Assembly: GCA_016870535.1 (NCBI GenBank)
Contig: VGBK01000001.1
Location: 11,311 to 75,310, forward strand
Reading direction: 5' to 3'
Length of the DNA stretch: 64,000 nucleotides
Source of the DNA: Actinomycetota bacterium
Lineage (GTDB): Bacteria; Actinomycetota; Acidimicrobiia; Spongiisociales; UBA11373
Positions 41,757-50,357 of this stretch are shown piece by piece (position 1 is the stretch's first letter; each line of letters starts with the position of its first letter). The translations under genes and the position numbers were made by a program. The notes under the pieces are model-generated. The model worked only from the letters and a program-made list of their open reading frames with translations, made no database searches and was not told the DNA's origin.

Positions 41757-42332
41757 GTGCCTGAGGCCTACATCTCGGTGGATGTGGAGACGGCCGGGCC
41801 GGTCCCGGCTTCTTACGCCTTGCTGGCCATCGGCGCCTGCCTGGTGGACGATCCCCGGCAGACCTTCTACGCCGAACTCAGGCCCACCACTCTGGAGGCG
41901 GATCCGGCGGCGCTGGCGGTGAGCGGCCTCTCTCTCGAGGACCTCGCCTCCCACGGCGCGCCCCCCATTGAGGCCCTGGCCCGCTTCACCGCCTGGGTGA
42001 CGGAGGTGACACCCCCCGATCGCCGGCCGGTGTTCGTGGCCTTCAATGCACCCTTCGACTGGATGTTCGTCGCCGACTACCTGGCGCGCTTCGGGGTACC
42101 CAACCCCTTCGGGCATGCCGCCCTCGACATCAAGGCCCTGTACATGGGCGTCACCGGCGAGCCGTGGGAGCGGACCTCGTTCGCCGCCGTGGCCGGCCGT
42201 CTCGGCCTCGAGGTCACTCTGCCGCATCACGCCCTGGAGGATGCTCTCCTCCAGGCCGAGATCTTCCGCCGTGTGCTGGCCGGGGTCCCTCCCCGGCGTC
42301 GCCGTTCCCCTCGCCAGGAGGTATCCCAGTGA
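41757..42332 (+). CDS. Stand-alone DEDDh 3'-5' exonuclease
   Basis: ExoI ISVDVET, ExoII FNAPFD, ExoIII HHALED. TAGCGT 7 nt before the GTG. Confidence 0.88.
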   Translation: MPEAYISVDVETAGPVPASYALLAIGACLVDDPRQTFYAELRPTTLEADPAALAVSGLSLEDLASHGAPPIEALARFTAWVTEVTPPDRRPVFVAFNAPFDWMFVADYLARFGVPNPFGHAALDIKALYMGVTGEPWERTSFAAVAGRLGLEVTLPHHALEDALLQAEIFRRVLAGVPPRRRRSPRQEVSQ

Positions 42333-43651
42333 GCCCCGATCCCACCCCCCGCGCCGACCTCGACCGGATCGTCGCCTCCGCCCACCGCCTCGGCGTGGAG
42401 TTGGACGAGGCCGATGCCCTGCAGTGGCTGGCGGCGGTGGCCGCCGCCGAGGGCGAGGAACTGGTGGTCGACGACGCCACCGGGGTCTTCGGCCACCGGG
42501 TCTCGATGCTCGACTTCAGCCCGGAGGACCTGGCCCACTTCCGCGCCGTGGGCCGTCTGGTGGGCTTCGACGACGCGCCCGGTGTGGAGACGGCGCTGGC
42601 CCTGTCGGGATCCGCCGCCCAATCGAAGATCCAGACCTACCCGGGGGACTGCGACTACTTCGAACGGGTGAACCTCCTGGCGGCCACCCGTGAGGAGGCC
42701 TGCCGCCGTCTCGCCACCCTGATGCGGGAGAAGGCCCTGGCCACTCTCACCGGGGAGACCTACCGGCTCATCGAGGTGAAGTACGGCAACTACCCCCGCG
42801 ACCTGGAACGGGACGGCCGGCTCTGCCGGGCGGGAACCCCCATCGCCTGGAAACCCGAGGAGATCGTCGCCGGGAGGCTGGTGGGGCGGACTCCCGACGG
42901 CGAGGAGGTCGAGGTCGGCTGGGACGAGGTGGCCCTCGACCCGGGATGGTGCAAGCTCGACTGGGTGGTGGCCGACCCGGTGCGGCGCCAGGTGGCCAAC
43001 GCTTCGAACATGCTCGACGTCACCTGGGAGGCCCCCGACGGCGGCATCACCCCGCTCGACGGGTACCTCGACCCCTACTTCCAGGAGGTGTACCTGGAGG
43101 CGGAGTCGGTGCCCGTCTTCTCCAAGCTGGTGCGCCACGTCTCGCCCGACGCCCTGGCGGAGTACGTGGCGCAACTCGAGGCCGAGGTCCGCAAGTACGT
43201 GGCCCGCGACCCGCGCAACTACGGGAAGGCCGCCAAGCGCATGTACAACGTGTTTCGCCTCAGCGGGCGCTACGTGGAGGCCGCCTTCCTGAGGGAGCTC
43301 TTCGACGAGCCGACCGCGGTGCTCTACCAGGTGCATGCCGTGCTGCGCACCGTGGAGGAGGCTGCCGAGCCGGGGTCGGCCATCTCGCTGGAGACGGTGC
43401 TGGCCCAGGTGGACGGCCTCATCCTCGACGTGATCCGGGCGCTCGAAGGTCCGGAGGAGGAGGAGATCGTGCGCCTGGTGCTGCAACTGCGCGACACCCT
43501 GGTCCGGGAGGGGCAGAGTGGGCTGCGTTCGGCGGCGGTCGAGGCGGCCCGGGAGCGGGTGATCAATCTGGTCAACAACTTCTTCCACGAGAAACTGGTG
43601 GGGCTCCCTTCGATCGCGGCCTACCTGGAGGAGATGGGCGCCGGGGAGTGA
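42329..43651 (+). CDS. Uncharacterised 440-aa protein with Pol-beta-superfamily nucleotidyltransferase-like motif
   Basis: LSGS-x11-DCDY (G94, S95, D107, D109), candidate third Asp in CKLDW (D211), helical C-domain. SD GGAGG and GTGA overlap with the exonuclease stop. The CDS is solid, the function is inferred. Confidence 0.6.
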   Translation: MSPDPTPRADLDRIVASAHRLGVELDEADALQWLAAVAAAEGEELVVDDATGVFGHRVSMLDFSPEDLAHFRAVGRLVGFDDAPGVETALALSGSAAQSKIQTYPGDCDYFERVNLLAATREEACRRLATLMREKALATLTGETYRLIEVKYGNYPRDLERDGRLCRAGTPIAWKPEEIVAGRLVGRTPDGEEVEVGWDEVALDPGWCKLDWVVADPVRRQVANASNMLDVTWEAPDGGITPLDGYLDPYFQEVYLEAESVPVFSKLVRHVSPDALAEYVAQLEAEVRKYVARDPRNYGKAAKRMYNVFRLSGRYVEAAFLRELFDEPTAVLYQVHAVLRTVEEAAEPGSAISLETVLAQVDGLILDVIRALEGPEEEEIVRLVLQLRDTLVREGQSGLRSAAVEAARERVINLVNNFFHEKLVGLPSIAAYLEEMGAGE

Positions 43652-43687
43652 GGCCGCCGGCCGGGGTGTCGAGAGGGCGCCGCCCCC

Positions 43688-45805
43688 TCAGGCGCGCAGC
43701 GGGGAGCGAAACGAGCCCATCCAGCCTTGCATCTCGGCGGGGTCGGGCTCCACGGGGAAGGGGTCGCCGGCGGCCGCCCGGGCTTCCGGGGCGAGGGCGC
43801 GGTAGACGGTCTGGTACTCGTCGGCCATCTCCTGCGGCGTGGGCAGGGTGGGCCCGATGGCCGCTGCCTGCCGGCGGAGGGCGGCGAGGGCAGCGGGGTC
43901 GGCCAGCAGGCGCGCCAGCGCGTCCGCCACCGCCGCCGGGTCCCAGGGGTCCACGGTGATTCCCCCGCCCAGGCTGCGGATGCGCTCCCCGATGGCGCCC
44001 AGGTCGGAGCCGACCACGGGGAGGCCCAGGCGCCAGGCCTCCGATAGCGTGTAGGAGTAGGTCTCCGCCCAGGGGGAGAGGAGGAGCACCAGGTCCACCC
44101 CGGCCGCCGCCAGCAGCCCGGGCAGTTCCTCACGCCGATAGGTGCCGTGGAGGACCACCCGGCGGCGCGCCTTCTTGCCGAAGCGCTCGCGGCCGAACAG
44201 GTGCCAGGTGATCCCCTGGTCGTCGAGGGCCTCTATGACCCGTTCGAGCAAGTCGTCGCCCTTGTGACGCCCGCCGTAGCCGAGCACGGCGACGTGCCGG
44301 CCTCGCCCGGCCGCCGGCAGCAGGACGCAGGCTTCGGCGACGCCGTGAGGGCGTACCGTGAAGCGAGGCCGCAGCTCGGGCATGGCCGCCGCCAGGATCT
44401 CCCGGGCGGCCGCCGAGGGAGTGATGAGCGCGTCGGCGCGTCCCAGCAGGCCCCGGTACACATCGCGCCACTCGGACACGGCGCATCCGGCGAGGCGGCG
44501 GGCCCGGTCTTCGCAGCCGGGGCAGGGCGGTCCCCCGGCGAGGCTGGTGCACGGAGCGCCCGACGCGGCGTCGAGCAACTGGGCGCCGGGGCACAGGGCG
44601 AAGTAGTCGTGGAGCGTCCAGACGATGGGGATGCTCCGGCGGTGGGCGGATTCGAGCAGGGCTCCCAGCACCGGGAGGGGGGTGCGCATGGGGTGCTGCA
44701 CGTGGAGCAGGTCGATCCCGGTGTCGAGGAGGCGGCCCACCCAGGGGTAGGGGTCGGAGACGCTGCCCGGCTCGAAGGGGAACTCCAGCCGGGTGCCGGC
44801 GCCGGGGCGCCACTGCAAGGTGCCCCGGGCCTGGGGGTCGAAGCTCAGGACCACGGGGTCGATCCGTTCCCCCAGCGAGTCGATCAGATCGCCGGCGTGG
44901 AGTTCGGTGCCGCCGATGATCCCGGCCCACAGGCGATTGTGGACCAGGTAGAGGATCCGCCGCCGCGGAGACTTGGTGCGCCGCAGCAACTCGAGGCCGA
45001 AGCGGCTCTGCACCCCCCAGAGGGGATTCTGGCGAATGAAACCGCGGACGACCTCGTGGTAGCGGGGCCAGGCCCCGGCCAGGCGATCCAGGTTCCCGGC
45101 CAGGTCGCCGCCGCCGGACTCGGCGAAGGACACCCCGCCCTCGTGCCACACGAACAGGGTGTCGCAGAGCAGGTTCAGGTAGCCGCCGTCCCGCATCCGG
45201 CAGGCCAGGTCGTTCTCCTCGCCGTAGCCCGCGCCGAAGCGGTCCTCGTCGAAGAGGCCGCAGGCGTCCAGGGCGTCCCGCCGGTAGTAGACGCAGAAGC
45301 CCACCGAGGTGGGGATCTCGATCCGCTCGCCGGTGCCGGAGGCCCGGGCCACCTCGTCGAGCAGGGCGAGGCCTACTCCGGGGGGGAAATGGTTGGGGCC
45401 GAGCCACTGCGGCACCGAGCAGATGGTGGCGTTGTTGGACAGCGGGGTCACCGAACCCACGCGCCGCGACGAGTGGGCGACGGAGCGCAGCCTCTCCAGC
45501 CAGCCGGGAGGGACCTCGGTGTCGCTGTTGAGCAGGACCACATCGCCCGGGGCCTGGCGCATGGCCTCGTTGCTGTTGCGCACGAAGCCGAGGTTGCGCG
45601 GGCGGCGTAGCACCGTGACCCGGGGATCGCGCGCCGCGAAGCCCGCCAGGAGCCCGGGGATACGCGGGTCGGGGCTGGCGTCGTCGGCCACCACCAGGCG
45701 CACTCCTTCCCCGGTGGTGTGGGCCACCACGGATTCCAGGCAGCGACGCGTCGCATCGTGGCCGTTGTAGACGGGGACGACGACGTCGACCGGTGGCCGG
45801 GGCAC
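43688..45805 (-). CDS. Bifunctional glycosyltransferase (GT2 + GT4/GT-B domains)
   Basis: VDVVVPVYN, ADDASPD, LLNSDT and GYGEEND (GT2). TLHDY, HKG and ETYSYTLSEA (GT4). Confidence 0.88.
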   Translation of the reverse strand: MPRPPVDVVVPVYNGHDATRRCLESVVAHTTGEGVRLVVADDASPDPRIPGLLAGFAARDPRVTVLRRPRNLGFVRNSNEAMRQAPGDVVLLNSDTEVPPGWLERLRSVAHSSRRVGSVTPLSNNATICSVPQWLGPNHFPPGVGLALLDEVARASGTGERIEIPTSVGFCVYYRRDALDACGLFDEDRFGAGYGEENDLACRMRDGGYLNLLCDTLFVWHEGGVSFAESGGGDLAGNLDRLAGAWPRYHEVVRGFIRQNPLWGVQSRFGLELLRRTKSPRRRILYLVHNRLWAGIIGGTELHAGDLIDSLGERIDPVVLSFDPQARGTLQWRPGAGTRLEFPFEPGSVSDPYPWVGRLLDTGIDLLHVQHPMRTPLPVLGALLESAHRRSIPIVWTLHDYFALCPGAQLLDAASGAPCTSLAGGPPCPGCEDRARRLAGCAVSEWRDVYRGLLGRADALITPSAAAREILAAAMPELRPRFTVRPHGVAEACVLLPAAGRGRHVAVLGYGGRHKGDDLLERVIEALDDQGITWHLFGRERFGKKARRRVVLHGTYRREELPGLLAAAGVDLVLLLSPWAETYSYTLSEAWRLGLPVVGSDLGAIGERIRSLGGGITVDPWDPAAVADALARLLADPAALAALRRQAAAIGPTLPTPQEMADEYQTVYRALAPEARAAAGDPFPVEPDPAEMQGWMGSFRSPLRA

Positions 45806-45809
45806 GGTC

Positions 45810-48149
45810 TCAGCCCCTCCGGGGTCGGCCCCGCCGGCGGAGGCCCCGGGCCAGGCGCGAGGGCCGCAGGCGACGCGCTTGGAAGCCGAGCCAGCCGCGC
45901 ACCTTGCGCAGACGCCGCAAGCGTCGCACTTCCTCCAGGGCGGCGTAGTGCTTCTGCCGGATGGCGGCGTTCTCCTCGAGCAGGGCGTCGTAGGCGGTGC
46001 GGTGGTGTTCCCGCTCGCGCTCCAACTGGGACCTGGCGCGCTCCGCCGCCTGCTGCTGCTGCCGGCGCTCGCTGGAGGTCGTCCACCCGGGGGCGCGGCG
46101 GTGGGCCTGCTTCACCAGGAGCAATCGGCTGCGGCCCTCCGGGTTGAACTCGACGTCCCCCACCAGCCAGTCGGCCTCGAGGGCGGCCAGCTCGATCTCG
46201 TCGAGGTGGTGATGGTGCAGGGGGCCCGTCCGCGCCGAGCCGGCAGCGAGGCGGCCCCAGTGCTTGCGGCGGGGGGAGCGGAGCCCGTCGACCAGCAGGG
46301 CGTCCAGCACCGCCGCCGCATCGGAGGTGGTGCTATCGGCCAGCCGGGAGAACAGGTCCTCCAACCGGGCGAAGGGCAGGGTCTCGGCGACGCCGGTGAG
46401 CAGGGCGTGGGTGTAGCGGACGGCCGGGTCGCCTCCCCGCCACTCGCCGGCGACGGTGAACTCGGCGAGATCGATCTCCGCCGGGTCGACCCCGGCGAGG
46501 AGGGGTTCGCGGGCCGCCCCTTCCGGGATCAGGTCGAGCACCCGGCCCACGGGAGGGAGGGAGGGCGTGAAGGCTTCCCAGAGCCGGGCGCGCCGCTCGA
46601 GGAACCACGGGCCCAGGGTCGGCGGCAGCGCGGCGCTCTCCGGGTCGGGGAGAGAGGCCAAGGCGGCGGCGACTTCGGCCGAGGAGATCACCCGGGGCGC
46701 CTCCACGCCGTCGGCAAGGGCGTTCATGAGGGCGTCGTAGTCCGCCCCCCCGGCTCCTTCCGCCTTCTGGTGACGGAGAGCCGGGTCGAAGAGCGAGGCG
46801 GCGGCAGCCTCGTCCCACGACAGGCCGAGGACTTCGACCAGAGCCCGGGTGCGCGCCAGGATCTCCTCGCTCGGGCCGTCGAAGCCGAGCAGGGGGAAGG
46901 ACAGCGCCCGGTGCAAGGCGGCCAGGCGGGCGAGGTAGAAGTCGGCGATGGCCCGGGCGGCGGCAGGGGCGAGGCCGTTGCGCTTCTCCAGGGAGCGGGC
47001 CACCGCCGCCGGATGGCGCACCACCCCGATGAAGCGCATCGCCGGGACGGCCTCCACCCAGGCCGGCAGCAGGAAGAGGAGTCGGGGGTCCTTCACCCCC
47101 CAGGAGCCGCCGCCGCCGGCCAGGCCGGCGGCCGCCCGACGCAGCAGGGTCAGGTCGGCGGTGCGAGGGTCGAAGCGGTGGGGCGGACAGGTCCAGTCGC
47201 GGTCCTGGCCGAAGAGGATGGCTTCGTGAGCGGCGAGCACGTCCACCGACTCGAAGAAGCCGCGCGGGTTGTCGGGCCCGGCTCCCAGCAGGGTGCCCAG
47301 GTGCAGGCCGGCGTGCCAGAGGAGCCCGGCTACCAGGCTGGTGCCGGAGCGATGGCCGCCCAGGATCAGCAGGGGCGGCGGGGCGCTCTCCGTGCCGGCC
47401 ACCGGGGAGGGAAGCGTCGTGGCGGCGGGGGACTCCTCCCGCAGGGCGGCGGCTCCCAGGGAGACGGCCTCCCTCGCCGGAGGCGCCGGGTCTGCAGCCC
47501 CGTCCGACGGGTCGTCGAAGGAGTACCCGTACCGGGCGCTGGTGTCGGCCGACAGCCGGGCGATCAGGTCGCGGGTGTCGTCGTCGTAGTAGGCCGGGTA
47601 GCGGTCCCGATGGCTGCGGTTGACCGCAGGGCGCTCGAGGAGGTCGGCGCGGAACTCCTCGCTCACCGGGACCCCGGCGTCCGCCAGGAAGGACAGGAAG
47701 TCCTCGCGGAGGGTCTCGAAGCGCCCCATGGTGATCTCCCCCGCACTGAGACTGGCCCCGACCTGATTGCGCAGGTGCAGGGTGAGCAGGTCCATGGCCG
47801 GGCGGGGGGTGTAGAGGCGCCGCATGGTGCCGGCGAAGTCCCCGGCGAAGTCGTCGGAGAGGGCGGCGAAGCAGGGGTTGGCCCGGCGGACCCGTTCGCG
47901 GTGGGCCTCGGGCCGGCCGGAGCCGATGAGGTAGTGGTACCAGGAGACGTGCCAGTCCCACGGGTTGCGCACCAGCGAGAAGCGGGGCAGGTGGCGGTAC
48001 TCGGTCGGGATCTCGGTGTCGACGCCGTGCTTGGCAATGTCGGTGGAGACGATCCAGTCGCCGGGGAGGTGCCGGGCGCAGGCCTGGCGGAGGAACTCCC
48101 CCCCGGTCTTGGGGATGTGCACGAAGACGAACTGCTTCGTGATCAGCAT
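45810..48149 (-). CDS. Multi-domain sulfotransferase (two PAPS-binding domains + C-terminal coiled coil)
   Basis: FVHIPKTGG...VRNPWDWHVSWY, then GGHRSGTS...NPRGFFE...KDPR...RHPAAVARSL, then a Q/E/R-rich coiled-coil tail. Confidence 0.8.
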   Translation of the reverse strand: MLITKQFVFVHIPKTGGEFLRQACARHLPGDWIVSTDIAKHGVDTEIPTEYRHLPRFSLVRNPWDWHVSWYHYLIGSGRPEAHRERVRRANPCFAALSDDFAGDFAGTMRRLYTPRPAMDLLTLHLRNQVGASLSAGEITMGRFETLREDFLSFLADAGVPVSEEFRADLLERPAVNRSHRDRYPAYYDDDTRDLIARLSADTSARYGYSFDDPSDGAADPAPPAREAVSLGAAALREESPAATTLPSPVAGTESAPPPLLILGGHRSGTSLVAGLLWHAGLHLGTLLGAGPDNPRGFFESVDVLAAHEAILFGQDRDWTCPPHRFDPRTADLTLLRRAAAGLAGGGGSWGVKDPRLLFLLPAWVEAVPAMRFIGVVRHPAAVARSLEKRNGLAPAAARAIADFYLARLAALHRALSFPLLGFDGPSEEILARTRALVEVLGLSWDEAAAASLFDPALRHQKAEGAGGADYDALMNALADGVEAPRVISSAEVAAALASLPDPESAALPPTLGPWFLERRARLWEAFTPSLPPVGRVLDLIPEGAAREPLLAGVDPAEIDLAEFTVAGEWRGGDPAVRYTHALLTGVAETLPFARLEDLFSRLADSTTSDAAAVLDALLVDGLRSPRRKHWGRLAAGSARTGPLHHHHLDEIELAALEADWLVGDVEFNPEGRSRLLLVKQAHRRAPGWTTSSERRQQQQAAERARSQLEREREHHRTAYDALLEENAAIRQKHYAALEEVRRLRRLRKVRGWLGFQARRLRPSRLARGLRRRGRPRRG

Positions 48150-48198
48150 GGGCCGTCCCCGTCCCGCAGCCGCAGCCGCCGCCGCGGCGGCGACGGCA

Positions 48199-49089
48199 TC
48201 ACCGCTCCTCGCCTGCCGGGGCCGGTACCGGGTAGCCCCGCCCGGCAAGGAACGGCCCCAGGGCATCGTGGATGGCGGCGATCTCTGCCGGGTCCAACTC
48301 CTCCTGCCACCCCCCCACCCGGGCGGTCCGTACGAAGCGGCCGGGGCCCTTGCGCTCTTCGGGGATGCGCTCGTAGGCGTGCCGCTCCACGGCCTGCCGC
48401 AGATCGTCCTCCCTGCAGGGCAGGCGGAGCGTTTCCGCCAGGCAGCGCATCTCGGTCAGGGTATCGGTGCGCAGGCGCTCGTAGCGCATCTCGAAGTACC
48501 GTCCGGCGGCCACCGTTTCGAGGTCGTCGAGGAGGCCGGCGATGCGCTCGAAGCGGCGGATGGACTGGCGGACCACCCGGCCCCGGTCGAACTCCTCGGT
48601 GAGCCGTTCGTGCATCCAGGATCCGGGCTTGCGGGCATCGATGAGGGAGGCGATGACGTCGCGCGGGTCGCGCAGCATGAAGACCACCCTCGCCCGCGGC
48701 ATGGCCTGGAGGATCAGGGGAGCCACCACGGTGCCGTTGGGCTCCTTGATGGCCAGGCCGGCGAAGCCTCGGGCCCGGCCTCCCTGGCGGGCGATGACGT
48801 CGGTGAAGAAGGCGTGCAGCGAGGCGCGCCAATTGGCCTCCTGGGGATGGGACATCCAGAAGGTGGGGTCCTCGAAGCGTCGTGGTTCGTTCTCCCGCAG
48901 GGTGTTGGTGAAGGCCAGGAACTGCCCCAGGTACGGCTCGTTCCAGAGCTTCAGGTGGAGGCCGTCGGTAAGCAACTGGGCCAGCCAGGTGGTGCCCGAC
49001 CGGGGGTGGCCGAAGATCCAGACGACCCGATCCTCGGCGAAGCCGCCCCGGGGGGCGGGAGGGAACGACACGGTGGAGCCTTTCAGCAC
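48199..49089 (-). CDS. Sulfotransferase
   Basis: 5'-PSB GHPRSGTTWL, 3'-PB RDPRDVIAS, RYERL and RTARVGGW. Confidence 0.87.
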   Translation of the reverse strand: MLKGSTVSFPPAPRGGFAEDRVVWIFGHPRSGTTWLAQLLTDGLHLKLWNEPYLGQFLAFTNTLRENEPRRFEDPTFWMSHPQEANWRASLHAFFTDVIARQGGRARGFAGLAIKEPNGTVVAPLILQAMPRARVVFMLRDPRDVIASLIDARKPGSWMHERLTEEFDRGRVVRQSIRRFERIAGLLDDLETVAAGRYFEMRYERLRTDTLTEMRCLAETLRLPCREDDLRQAVERHAYERIPEERKGPGRFVRTARVGGWQEELDPAEIAAIHDALGPFLAGRGYPVPAPAGEER

Positions 49090-49187
49090 GGCGGCGGATG
49101 ATGACGCAGAGCCTGGGACGGCCGAAGCCTAGTCGGTGGCGCCCTGGATCCCGGCGAGAAGGCGTCCGGCCTCCTAGATTTGCCGAC

Positions 49188-49634
49188 GTGAAGTTCTTCG
49201 CCGTGGGAGTGCAGCCGGTGGGCTTCATCGCTCTGGGGGCTCTGCCCACCGGGGTGATCGCCCTGGGGCAGGGCGCCACGGGGGTAGTGGCGGTCGGCCA
49301 ACTGGCGCGCGGGGTGGTGGCGGTGGGCCAGTTGAGCCTGGGGGTCTTCGCCCTGGGCCAGTTGTCCGCCGGCGCGGTGTGGGCCGGGGGGCAACTGGCC
49401 ATTGGGGGGACGCAGGGTTTCGCCATGCTGGGCTGGGGTCTGCTGGGCGACTGGGTGCCCTGGCGGCGGGCGGCGCCGCGGCTGCGTCCGGCCGCCGGGC
49501 TGTGGACGGCGGCGCTGCGAGCGGTGGTGCTGGCCGGCGTGGTGGTCCTGGTGGCCTGGCTGGCCATCGCTCCGGTGGTCGATGCCCTGGTCCGGCCGGG
49601 CGGAGTCTTCGTGCCCCTGCCGGGCCCCCGTTGA
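49188..49634 (+). CDS. Small Gly-rich repeat membrane protein
   Basis: About six 10-residue G-hhA-h-G-Q-x-x-x units followed by a TM helix. TAGATT 7 nt before GTG 49188. Confidence 0.65.
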   Translation: MKFFAVGVQPVGFIALGALPTGVIALGQGATGVVAVGQLARGVVAVGQLSLGVFALGQLSAGAVWAGGQLAIGGTQGFAMLGWGLLGDWVPWRRAAPRLRPAAGLWTAALRAVVLAGVVVLVAWLAIAPVVDALVRPGGVFVPLPGPR

Positions 49635-49661
49635 CGCCCGGGGTCTCTTCCGCCGCCGGGG

Positions 49662-50216
49662 CTACGGCGCGGAGGTGAGCACCCGAACCAGCAGGAGCTT
49701 GGCGCCCACTTCGCCCGTGATCTTGATGCGCAGGCGGTTCCCGGCCCCGGCGGCTCGAAGCTCGAACAGGGCAACCCCCTGCGAGTCGGCCTTCACGAAC
49801 TTCCCTACGTCGCCCCACCCGTCATCGGTGCGTTCCTGTAGGAAGCCACCCGCCTTCTCGTCGCCGGCCTTGAAATGCACCTCCACGGCGAAGCCGCTGC
49901 TGCGCCTCAGCCCGGGCATGACCAGGAAGGCGGGCTGCTCGGCCTTCACCAGGGCGTCGCCCTCGACGACCAGTCCCGTGCTGGCTTCGGCCAGTTCGGC
50001 CAGCGTGAAGCCGAGGCCGGCGGCGGTGGTGGTGCTGGCCTCGGTGGTGGTGCTGGCCTCGGTGGTGGTGGTGCCGGCCTCGGTGGTGGTAGTGAGGACG
50101 GCGGACGTGGTGGTGGGCCCGGTGGTGGAGGTGGCCGGGGTGGCGTCGCCCCCGCAGGCGGTCGCGGCCAGGGCAGCGAGGGCGGTCAGGGTCAGGAGTC
50201 GGCTGCGGAGCGGCAA
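49662..50216 (-). CDS. Hypothetical lipoprotein with Thr-rich linker
   Basis: TTG after GGAGG, lipobox LAATAC, 18-bp TTTEAS repeats and a small beta-rich C-domain. Confidence 0.65.
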   Translation of the reverse strand: MPLRSRLLTLTALAALAATACGGDATPATSTTGPTTTSAVLTTTTEAGTTTTEASTTTEASTTTAAGLGFTLAELAEASTGLVVEGDALVKAEQPAFLVMPGLRRSSGFAVEVHFKAGDEKAGGFLQERTDDGWGDVGKFVKADSQGVALFELRAAGAGNRLRIKITGEVGAKLLLVRVLTSAP

Positions 50217-50357
50217 GATGACCTCCAGGGGTGCCACGGGCCGGTGCCGCCCCGGCATCCCGGGGACGAGGCGCGACCAGATCCGATGCTGTCGGCATCG
50301 ACGTTAGACCCGTGAGGCAGTTCTTCTACCCGGCAGCCTTCGGCGCGGGGGGTTCGC

